Positions 13,101-25,100 of a stretch of 64,000 nucleotides of DNA are shown piece after piece (the first letter of the stretch is position 1; each line of letters opens with the position of its first letter). The notes beneath the pieces are model-generated. The model was not told the DNA's origin, did no database searches, and worked only from the letters and a program-made list of their open reading frames with translations. Origin of the DNA: Mobula hypostoma (lineage: Eukaryota); the NCBI RefSeq assembly GCF_963921235.1, contig NC_086108.1, forward strand, positions 9,610,001-9,674,000. The letters run 5' to 3'. The position numbers were made by a program, and so were the translations under genes.

Positions 13101-16100
13101 TTTATTCCTTGCTTAATCTCTCCTCATGGGTCATCTGTGGATGGGGTAGAAGATTGTTGTAGGTTACAACAGGACAATGACAGGGCTGAGAAGTGTCAGA
13201 TGGATTTCAACCCGGCGTGTAAAGTGATTCACTTTGGAAGGTTGAAATTGAAGTCAGAACACAGATCTAATGGCAGGATTCCTGGCAGTATGAAGGAACA
13301 AAGGAAGCTTGGGATCCATCTAAATCTTTGACAAACTTCTATAGATGTGTGGTGGAGAGAATATTGACTGGCTGGATCACAGCCTGGTATAGAAGCACCA
13401 TTCCCCTTGAATGAAAAATCCTATAAAAAGTGGTGTATGCAGCCCAGTTCATCACGGGTAAAACCCTCCCAAACATTGAGTACATCTACACAGAGCGTCA
13501 CCACAGGAAAGTAGTATCCATCATCAGGGACCCCCACCACCCAGGACATACCCTCTTCTCGCTGCTGTCATCAGGAAGAAGTCACAGGAGTCTCAGGACC
13601 CACACCACCAGGAACGGTTATTGCCCCTCAACCATCAGTCTCTTGAACAAAAGGGGATAATTTCAATCAACTTCACTTACCCCATCATTGAAATGTTCTC
13701 ACAACCAATAGGCTAATTTTAAGGACTCTTCATTTCATGTTGATATTTGTTGTTTATTTATTATTATTATTTAGTTTTGTACTTGCACTGCCTACACTTG
13801 TCTTTTGCACATCGATTGAGAGCCCAAGTTGATGCAAGCTTTCACAAATTCTATTATAGTTATCATTCTAGTATGGATTTACTGAGTATGCCCACAAGAA
13901 AATGAATCTCAGGGTTGTATATAGTGACATATATGTACTTTGATACTAAATTTACTTTGAACTCTGAACTTTGATGCCCATAGACCCCTCAAAGCTGCTG
14001 CACAAGTTGATAGGGTGATTAAGAAGGCGTGTGGCGTGTTGGCTTCATTAGTCAGGGGATTGAGTACACGAGCCGTGAGGTAAAGTTGCAGCTCTGTAAA
14101 ACCCTGGTTAGACCATACTTGCTTTCATAGCCTAGTCCTCTCGAAATGAATGCTAACATCGCATTTGCCTTACATGCCTCTAACTTAACCTGCAAATTAA
14201 ACTGTCGGGAATCCTGCACTAGGACTCCCAAAACCCTTTGCATCTCTTATTTTTGAAATATCTCCCTGTTTAGAAAATAATCTGTGCCTTTATTCCGCTT
14301 TTTTACCTGGAGGCTGACTGTGATTTCTTTCCTCTGCTCTGTTCTCCACCGTCCAACCTCTGGTCAGTCGGACTCGCTGGTCGTCTGTGACGTGGACTCC
14401 GAGCTCCTGGCCCGGCTGAAGAAATTCCGCTTCCGCAAGGAGACCTCCAATGCTGCCATCATCAGTGAGTGAGGGGCCTGGGTTTGTGGTAATGGGGGAG
14501 GGTGGGGGTCACCCTGTGATGAATGCCTCTCCCCTCAGGTGATCATCCCCTTGCTGCCCCCCCACCTCCCTGGAGCTTCCAGTGTGACTCCAGGGCCAGG
14601 GAACGAGGCAGAAGGCCGGCCTTTGATGATCTTAACCCTTTGCATTGAGCCAGTGTTGTGTTGCTCGTGGGGAAGACCGGGGGGGGGGGGGTGGTGGATG
14701 GAAACATCTACCCAAACTCAGTCCTTCTACCCCAGCACGGGTGGATGGTCTGGGCTGTATCCCTTCGACAAGACCCATTGAACCATTCAAGGTCCTGGGG
14801 TGGATCTAACGTCCTCGTGGCTTTGGCCAGTGGTCCTTGGGTTGCCTCCTGGCAGGGTTGTGGTGCGGGGGGAGAGTGGAGGTGGGAAATCAGACCGTAC
14901 ACCCGCCAGCAACCCAGTGAATCAACCTCGTGGAGTCTGTCCGCATTGGAGCTCACCCAAAACTTGTCCCCTCACCCGTAACATATCAAGTTTCAAGTTT
15001 GGGTTCAAGTTTAGTATCATCTGACTGTACATATATGTGCTTGTCCATCATGACGTCGATGAGGACCTTGACACCATTATGATGGTGTCTAGACTAGCGC
15101 GTGATTTGGATTTAAGTGAGGGAGAGTTGCGCAGCCCATCTGGATCCAGTGGCAAGACAGAGCCTAGACAGCTGGAGATGGGACTAGGCACAGTGGATGA
15201 CCAGGACGTCTTCTGTGTCTTGTCCTGCTCTACATGTTCCACGATACTTGCAGAGAACGCCTTCTTAACCGTTGGACCTTCCATTGGTCTCGTCCGCTCA
15301 ATCCGCCGGAGTCTGTCTTCACATGCTGGGATAGACAACTCCCTATCTCACCGAGGGTTTGAGACCCGTCGGCTACCCTCACCTGGTTTAGCCGGCATGT
15401 CGAAGCCGTTGCCCGGGGTGTGGCCGCTGTCGCATGCAAACAGCTACGGGGAGCCACAGGTGAGAGCTGAGTGCCAGGTGGGGACCAAAGGTGGACAAAC
15501 CGCCCTGAAAAGGACGCGACATGTTCCCCCACCAGAGGTGCTACCCCTCCCTGACACCCCATACACTCCGTACATATATACAACTAAACGAAACAACATT
15601 CCTCCGGTCCACAGTGCACCCACTAAACATGTATCACACACACCACATTAAAAAATATTACCATAAGACCATAAGATACAGGAGTAGAATGAGACCATTT
15701 GGCCCATCGATTCTGCTCTGCCATTTCATCATGGCTGATCCAATTTTCCTCTCAGTCCCAATCTCCTGCCTTCTCCCTGTAACTCTTCATGCCCTGACCA
15801 ATCAAGAATCTACAGCACAGGCAAATTGTAAACAGTAAGCTGCTCGCTGTCCTAGTGACAAGGTCTCGGTAGTGACAAGGTCTCGGTGGTGACAGGGTAT
15901 CCATTAATCTCACAGCCTTAGGGAGGAACCATTCTAGCAGTCCTGGTCCTGATGCTCTTGTACCTCTCTCCTGACGGTAGTGGGTGTGCGGCTCTGTAAA
16001 TGAATGGCTCTTGCACCTCCTGCAAGGACGGAGTGATGTTAGCCTTACCTGGTCCAGAGCTACATATGGCCCTCTGATGCAGCCATAACCACTGAGGGTG

Positions 16101-19100
16101 CTCATGGGCGACTGTCCCCAATAGTGGACTCGCTCACACGTAGCGTGTTAACTCACGCTTGGCCTTGCCTGTATCCACTGGTCCCTGCGGTGTGTTAGCA
16201 TGGCAGTTAGCGCAATGCTTTCGAGCAGCCAGTTGTAAGATAGGCGTTCGATTCCTGCCGCAGTCTGTAAGGAGTTTGTATGCTCTCCCGGTGACTGTGT
16301 GGGTTTCCTCCGGGTGCTGTGCTTTCCTCCCACAGTCCAAAGACGTACCAGTTTGTTTGTCCAGAGATCTGGCGCAGAACAGGTCCTTCCGAGCCAAGTA
16401 TCCGGGTCGCCTGGCAACCTGCCTATTTAATCCCAGCCGGATCACAGGACAACTCACAATGACCAATTCACCTACCAACCAGAAATCCACACGGCCATGT
16501 GGAGAACATAGAAACTCCTACGGACAGTGGCGGGAATTGAACCCGGGTCGCCTGTACTGTGAAGTGTCGTGCTAACCACGGCACTACCTTGCCACTTACC
16601 TATCTGTCTCTGTCATGATGTTAGACACCTCTGTCAGAACACTCTTTAGTCTTCTACACTCCGAGAGATGAAGTATCAACCTCTCCCCCAACCCACTCCC
16701 TTGATTACACCCATGTGACCAATTAACCAACTAACCTGTATGCCTTTGGGATGTGGGGGAAACTGAAGCATCTGGAGTTCACGGGGAGAACGTACAAATT
16801 CCTCACAAGTGGTGCCGGAATTGAACTCTGAACTCCGGAAAGCTGCGAACTGTAATAGTGTCGTACTAACTCCCACACCACCAGGGCGTACCTGTGGAAG
16901 GGTCTCGTCTTTCTTCAAGCGTTAACATTTCATGTCCCCCTCTCCTTCTAGTTAAAGTTGACAAAGAAAGCCAGAAGATGGTGTTGGAAGAGGAACATGA
17001 GGTGAGTCCCTCAAACAACCCTTTCAAAAGTTCAAAGATTCTGCTGTTCTGATGAGTAAAACGTGAAGTCCAAAAAGTTTCAAACTACATTTAATATCAG
17101 AGAATGTATGCGGTATACATTCTGAAATTTGTACTCTTCACAGACATCCACAAAACAAGAAACCCCACAGAATGAATGATAGACACATCAAAGCCCTGGT
17201 TCACCTCCTGCCTCCCTTTTCACAAGCGGCAACTAAAGCATCGACCCTCCTCCCCTCCCCTCCCCACTCGCATCAGTAGAAACACTTTCTGCCCCCCCAC
17301 ACACCTCACCATGCAAGCAAGAGCAAAAGCCCCAATGAGACCTTGATCCAGAGTCCATCAAAACTATAGTCCATCCTAACAATTTGGTATCTCAGACGGG
17401 CTCTCTCTCCATCGAGAGAGAGAGGGCGATTGCTCGAGTAGAGGTGCCTTCCTCTGACAGCAGCCAATGATCAGCAAATAAATCACCTGCTGTCTCGATG
17501 TCCCAGTCTCCCTCATTGCTTCATTCGACGAAATCGGGCCACTCCCTGACTTCTGATCTCCCAGCCCCGAGGGGTGCATGTCTTCCTAGCCGTTCCCGGA
17601 GCTAGCACAATTGGTCCGAAAACCTGCCACTTGCGAGCTGTGCCTTCGAAGAGGAGAACATCAGTGATGAGCTTTGTTAATATAGATCCCTCTAGGCTCT
17701 GGATCTCCAGTTCAGTCCTAAATCCCTACGGTTTTTATTTCTCTAAAATAGGCCAACACTGTAAAGATAGATGTAGAGTGGAGAGTTTACCAGGAGAACT
17801 GTTATAATCTCAAAAATTCTCAGCCCGTACAGTCATTGTTAAACCAATGTTTTTCCTTCCAGGACATTTCACCAGATTCACTCAGAATGGAACTACCAGA
17901 GAGGCAACCTCGATATCCTTTAGTAAACCATTTTTCCTAGCAATAACAATTGGTATCTGTCAAAGCGTAGTTTGCAAAGCCTTAGGACTTCAAACAACCT
18001 TAAAGATAAAACTAGGCAACAAATCTTTTTCAGAACTGTTGCTACCTTAGACTTTTTCTGTGGTTATGATAGACTTCTTGAAGCTAAACACAAACCAAAT
18101 TTTGGACTAGTTGCATCATTTTGTAGGAATTTGGAGAAGCAAGAAATTAATTTTTATTGAATATAATAAATTTAGTTGCATAACAGTGCTGACACTTTGC
18201 AATAGTTCAGCTAAGCTAAAAATGTTTTGTTGATGATTTTCACTTGTACTCAGTGTCTGAAGCTGCTCACTTAAGTGTCCAACAATAATCAGCCAGCACT
18301 GATGGATTCCAGCTGCCCTGATACCGTTCCTTCATGACCGCAATGTCCTGGTGAAACCTTTCACCATTGTCGTCACTGACAACGCCAAGAAGTCTAAATG
18401 GGAATGCAGAAAATGAATCTTTAGTGACATGTTGCGCTTCATGGTTTTGTATGCTTGAAGCATGTTGTCAACCAGCTGCACATAGTTTAGTGCTTTGTAG
18501 TTGCCAAGAAAATTTTCAATATCTTTGAATGCTTTCCATGTGATTTTCTCCAGTCCTACTGGAAGTTCTTTAAATTGCCTGTCATTGATGACCTGTTTGA
18601 TTTGTGGACCAACAAAAAATGCCTTCCTTAATCTTGGCATCAGTTATTCTGAAATAGGAACTGAAATAACAAATATAGGTGATTAAAATTGGTGCATGAT
18701 AGGGAAATTTTATGGTGATTTTCATAATCAGCAGCCCAAAATCCATAAGATAGACCGAAAAGTATTGATGAAGTAATGTTGTCAGCAAATTTGCACAAGT
18801 CACGTTCCCACAAATGGTGATGTGGTAAGGGCCAGGTAACCAGGAAGTAAAACAACACAGACGCTGAAATCTAAAAGTGGAAAATTCTTGATTTATTCAG
18901 CAAACTGGACAGCATCTACAGAGGATCCTACTTTCGGTGGCCACTTTATGTGTTACACCAGTACACCTGTTCATTAATGCAAATATCTAATCAGTCAATC
19001 ATGTGGCAGCAACTCAATGCATAAAAGCATGCAGACAAGGTCAAGAGGTTCAGTTGTTGATTAGACCAAACATCAGAATGGGGAAGAAATGGGATCTAAG

Positions 19101-22100
19101 TGAGTTTGACCATGAAATGATTGTTGGTGCCACATGAGGTGGTTTGAGTATCTCAGAAACTGCTGATCTCCTGAGATTTTCATGCACAACGATCTCTAGG
19201 GTTTACAGAAAATGGTGCGAGAAACAAAAACAAAAAAATCCAGTGAGGGGCAGTTCTGTGGGTGAAATCGCCTTGTTAATGGGAGAGGTCAGAGGAGAAT
19301 GGCCAGACTGGTTCAAACTGACAGGAAGATGACAGTAACTCAGACAACCACACATTACAACAGTATTGTGCAGAAGAGTGTTGCAGCACCTGAAGACCAT
19401 GAGCATAGATTCAATGGCTACTTTATTAGGTACTATTATTAACTAATAAAGACCTTGAGACCATAATGTATAGGAGCAGAGTTAGGCCATCGAGTCTGCT
19501 CTGCCTTTTCATCATGGCTGATCCAATTTTCTTCTCAGCCCCAATCTCCTGCCTTCTCCCCATATCCCTTCATTCCCTGACCAGTCAAGGATCTATCAAC
19601 CGCTGCCACATTAGCTCGCACAACTTCAGACACAAAGTAGCCATTGAATGTCTATTACTAGCCTGCACAACCTCAGAATCCAGAACTGCCTTAAGCAATA
19701 ATGAGGTTCTTTATCGAGTGTTGTTGATGAGGTAATGTGGTCAGCACCAGTTCCAACAAATACCAATGTGTGAAGGGCCAGATAATCTTTTTAAACTAGA
19801 GAGCAAAAGAACATAGATGCTGAAAATCTGAAATAAAGGCAGAAATTATGGAATTACCCAGCAGGCCAGTCAGCATCTGTGGAGGAAATGTAGATCCTCC
19901 ATCACAGTTCTTATAATGCTCAGAAATAGTCTCATCCTCATCTACGAGCCGGTAATGATCGGGCAGATCTGAGGTTGATAGAAATTCAGTACAGAAGATT
20001 TAGGAGCGAGTCATGAGGCGGAGGAAGTGGGACATTAAGGGATAAGAGAGGCTCTTGTAGGATTTCATTCAGCGTTCAGATGAACATGAGCACCAACTGT
20101 GTCATGGTCTCTTTTTAATCCTTGACCATCCTGAGACAAGACTTGTTATCATTGAGGCGAATGAAGACAAGAGGTGACTTGATAGAGGTGTACAAGATGA
20201 TAAAAGTGGATAGCCAGAGACTTTTTTTTCCCATGGTGGAAATGGCTAACACATGGTGATTGGAGGACAGTATGGGGGGAATATCAGGGGTACATATTTT
20301 AGAAAGAGAGTGGGGGGACTGTAGAACATGCTATCAGAGGTGGTGGTAGAGCCAGACCCATTAGGAGCATTTAAGAGACTCTTAGATAGGCACAAGGATG
20401 TCAGAAAATTGCAGGGTTATATAGAAGGGAAGGGTGAGATTTAACTTAGAGTCAGTTAAAAGTTGGGCAAAATATTGTGGACTGCAGGGACTGTACAGTG
20501 CTGTAATGTTTTATGTTCTCTGATATACCAGTGAAAGTGACCAATCCCCCCAGCATGAAACAAGTTCCCTCCTTTCATTAGGGTGTGCCCTGCTACCCTA
20601 ACATGGGTTAGAGGAGTTGCAGAGTAGTCTGGAGAATACTGAGATGTGGTTTGGGGGAAATTGGCCATGCCTGTTGATCCTATGGTCATGGGGAGATTGA
20701 TCATGCCTGTTGATCTTGTGGTCATGGGGAGATTGGTCATGCTTGTTGATCCTGTGGTCATGGGGAGATTGGTCATGCCTGTTGATCCTGTGGTCATGGG
20801 GAGATTGGTCATGCCTGTTGATGTGGTCATGGGGAGATTGGTCATGCTTGTTGATCCTGTGGTCATGGGGAGATTGGTCAAGGCTTTTGATCCTGTGGTC
20901 ATGGGGAGATTGGTCATGCCTGTTGACCCTATGGTCATGGGGAGATTGGTCATGCCTGTTGATCCTGTGGTTATGGGGAGATTGGTCATGCCTGTTGACC
21001 CTGTGGACATGGGAGGATTGGTCGTGCCTGTTGACCCTGTGGACATGGGAAGATTGGTCATGACTGTTGATCCTGTAGCCATGGGGAGATTGGTTATGGG
21101 GAGATTGGTTGTGCCTGTTGATCCTGTGGTCATGGAGAGATTGGTCGTGCCTGTTGACCCTGTGGACATGGGGAGATTGGCAATGTCTGTTGATGTGGTC
21201 ATGGGGAGATTGGTCATGCCTGTCGATCCTGTGGTCATGGGGAGATTGGTCATGCCTGTTGATCCTGTGGTCATGGGGAGATTGGTCATGCCTGTTGATC
21301 CTGTGGTCATGGGGAGATTGGTCATGCCTGTTGATCCTGTGGTCATGGGGAGATTGGTCATGCCTGTTGACCCTGTGGACATGGGAGGATTGGTCATGCC
21401 TGTTGATCCTGTGGCCATGGGGAGATTGGTTATGGGGAGATTGGTTGTGCCTGTTGACCCTGTGGACATGGGGAGATTGGCAATGTCTGTTGATGTGGTC
21501 ATGGGGAGATTGGTCATGCCTGTTGACTCTGTGGTCATGGGGAGATTGGTCATGCCTGTTGACCCTGTGGTCATGGGGAGATTGGTCATGCCTGTTGATG
21601 TGGTCATGGGGACATTGGTCATGCCTGTTGATCCTGTGGTCATGGGGAGATTGGTCATGCCTGTTGATCCTGTGGTCATGGGGAGATTGGTCGTGCCTGT
21701 TGACCCTATGGTCATGGGGAGATTGGTCATGCCTGTTGACCCTGTGGTCATGGGGAGATTGGTCATGCCTGTTGATGTGGTCATGGGGACATTGGTCATG
21801 CCTGTTGATCCTGTGGTCATGGGGAGATTGGTCATGCCTGTTGATCCTGTGGTCATGGGGAGATTGGTCGTGCCTGTTGACCCTATGGTCATGGGGAGAT
21901 TGGTCGTGCCTGTTGATGTGGTCATGGGGAGATTGGTCATGCCTGTTGACCCTGTGGTCGCAGGGAAATTGGTCATGCAGTGGTCATAACAACAATCTCC
22001 AGAAAGTACAGATCTAGAATTCAGGCACCTATGGGTTGAAGAGTTGATTTAGGCATTTAAGAAGTTTCTAGACAAGCTCTTAAATCACCGTGGCATAGCA

Positions 22101-25100
22101 AGCTATGGACAAGGTGTAAATTCATTGGATTAATGTAGTTAAAGTGAGCATATCAGGCTGAATGGCCAGTCTCTCTGCTCTTTGACTTTGTGAATATGAC
22201 TCTTTGAAAGGCTGAGATGAGTGAACGTGGAGAGGTTGTTTCCTATCTTGGGAGAGTATAGGACCAGAGGACATGGCCTCAGAATAGAGGTCCCTTTACT
22301 ACGGAGATGGGAGTAATTTCTTCAGCCAGAGGATGGGGAGTCTGTGTAATTCCTTGCTACAGACAGCTGTTGGGGCCAAGGCATTGGGTATATTTAAAGT
22401 GGAGGTTGATAGGCTCTTGATTAGCCAGGGCATCAAAGGGTATGGGGAGAAGTTGGGAGAATGGGGTTGAGGAGGTTAGTAAATCAGCCGTGAAGGAATG
22501 GCAGAGCAGACATGATGGCTGAATGGCCTGAATCTACTCCTACGTCTTCATGTCTTATGACACCTAGCACCTTTAGAACTTAAAAGCAAGGATGTAAAGT
22601 CGAGGCTTTATAAGGGAGTGGTGAGACCTCATTTGGAATATTGTGTGCAGTTTTGGGCTCCTTATCTAAGAAAGATGTGCTGACATTGGAGAGGGTTCAA
22701 AGAGATTCATGAAGATTGAAAGGCTTATCACAAGCACAGTGTTTGATGACTCTGGACCTGTACTCACTGGACTTCAGAAGAATGAGGGAGGATCTCATTG
22801 AAACCTATGAAATGTTCGATGGGCCAAATGGCCTAATTTTGCTTCTTTGTTTTATGGTGTTATGTTCCAACATTTTAATAGATCTGATGACCAGATATGA
22901 CAGTTGATGTGCTGACTAGTGTAAAAGCTGTATTTTCCCCTGTGTGTGAACTTGGATGGAAGTTAATTTGGATGTCAGTGTTTCTTTAAGGCAGGCTAGG
23001 GTCAGTGTGTCTTAAAGCAATTCTTTCTCTCTTCTGCTCTGGCACTGAACCCGTTCCAGAAAGAGGAGCTGAGACTCTCTCTGTGGTGACTATAAAAGCC
23101 CTCAGTGTTTGAGAATTCTCCACGTATTACACAGCGGGTGCGGTACCAGTATACAGCACAGACCCAAACTCGGAACAAATTCATCATTAGAAATCAGAGT
23201 GACTAAAGCAGTGAAGGGCGTGGGAAATTGCGGAGCACCAGCCTGTGCTGCAAGGGATGTTGTTCAGGCGGTTTCAGAGGGCGATTTGCTTGTGCTCGTC
23301 TCAGGACTGCTGACAGCGAGGCACTCTGTGTCTAAGTCATGCCTTCTCTGTCATCAGTCAGGGTAGGGCGGTGCAGAAGGACCCTTGTTCTCTGTCTGAG
23401 TTGCTACTGCCCCTGTCCTGGGAGAAAGTCGTGTGTGTTGTTGCTCCTCCAACTGCAAAACCAAAAGTCATGAATTGGCTTTTTTATGTCAAACTCTTGA
23501 TAAATTAACCAATCTTTGTCAGCACAAAGAACGTTATAATGTAAGAAAGTGTGTGGTCATGCACTTTGGTAAAAGGAATAAAGGTGTAAACTATTTCCTA
23601 ATGGGGAGAAAATTCAAAAATCACAGGTGCAAAGTGACTTGGAAATCCTTGTGCAGGGTTCCCTAAAAGTTAACTTGCAGGTTGAGTCAGTGGTGAGGAA
23701 GACAAGTGTTTGCATTCATTTCAAGAGGACTAGAATATAAGAGCAAGGATGTGATGTTGGGGCTTTATAAAGCATTGGTCAGACCACACTTAGAGTATTG
23801 TGACCAGGTTTGGGTCCCTTATCTAAAAAAAAGATGTGCTAGCTTGGAGAGGGTCCAGGGGAGGTTCACAAGAATGATCTCAGGAATGAAAGGGTTAACG
23901 TGTGAGGAATTCATTGCCACAGATGGCTGTAGAGGCCAAGTCATTGGGTTTTGTCAAAGCAGATATCAATAGGTTCTTGTTTAGTTAGGGCATCAAAGGG
24001 TACGGAGAGAAGGCAGGAAAATTGGGTAAAGTGGGATAATAAATTAGCCATGCTGAAGTGGCAGAGCAGATTAGAGGGGCTGAATGGCCTCATTCTGCTC
24101 CCATGTCTCACGGTCTAGAATTCGAGAGTCAACATTCAGTTTGGGTGTCTGTAACTGTTACTGTCACATGTAGCAAGGTACAGTGAAAAGCTCGACTTGC
24201 ATACTTTTGTTTTATCGAGGTTCCGCACGGAACGGACTGTTCAAATGTAACTCTTTCTTACATTATAACGTTCTTTATGCTGACAAAGATGGGTTAATTT
24301 ATCAAGAGTTTGATATACGAAAGCCAATTCATAACTTTTGGTTTTGGTGCTGCCTAGCAATCCTGATTTAATCCTAGCCTAATCATGGCCAACGGGCACT
24401 CGACCTACTAATGGGGACTTCCTTGGACTGTGGGAGGAGACCCATAGGGTCACTGGAAGAACGTACAAGCTCGGTACAGGCAGAGGTGGGAATTGAACCC
24501 TGGTCACTGTAAAGTGTTAACCACTAGGCTGCTGTGTCACCCTTCCGGGGCAGTACAGTCACGTGGTGATCAGCAAAACATTACAGGTGCCAGTACCGGG
24601 GGTCAATTCTGTTGCTGTCTGTGAAGAGTTTGTATATTCTCCCTGTGACTGCGCTGGAGCAGAATTAGGCCATTCGGCCCATCCAGTCTGCTCTGCTATT
24701 CCATGATGGCTGGTTTATTATCCCCCTCAACCCAGTTCTCCTGCTTATTCCCAGGCCTTACTGATCAAGAACCTATTAATTTCTGCTTTAAATATACTCA
24801 TTAACTTAGCCCCAGCAGCCGTCTGTGGCAACAAATTCCACAGATTCACCACCCTCTGGGTGAGAAATTCCTGCTCAACTCTGCTGTAAATGGACATCCC
24901 TCTATTCTGAGGCAGTGCCCTCTGGTCCTAGACTTCCCCACTATAGGAAACACCCTCTCCATATCCACTCAATTTAGGCCTTTCAGTATTCGATAGGTTT
25001 CAGACTATTATTTAAATAGGGAGAGAATTCAAAGTTCTGAGATGCAATGGGACTCGGGAGCCCTCGTGCGGGATGCCCTTAAGGTTAACCTCCAGGTTGA

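Noticed and set aside
20646..22017. Plus-strand ORFs ([12 protein letters not shown])n and ([10 protein letters not shown])n
   Set aside because: Alternative frames of the 36-bp repeat with implausible composition and no splice context.
23085..23105. TATAAAAG box inside intron 4
   Set aside because: No supported downstream exon or ORF; a single short motif is expected by chance.
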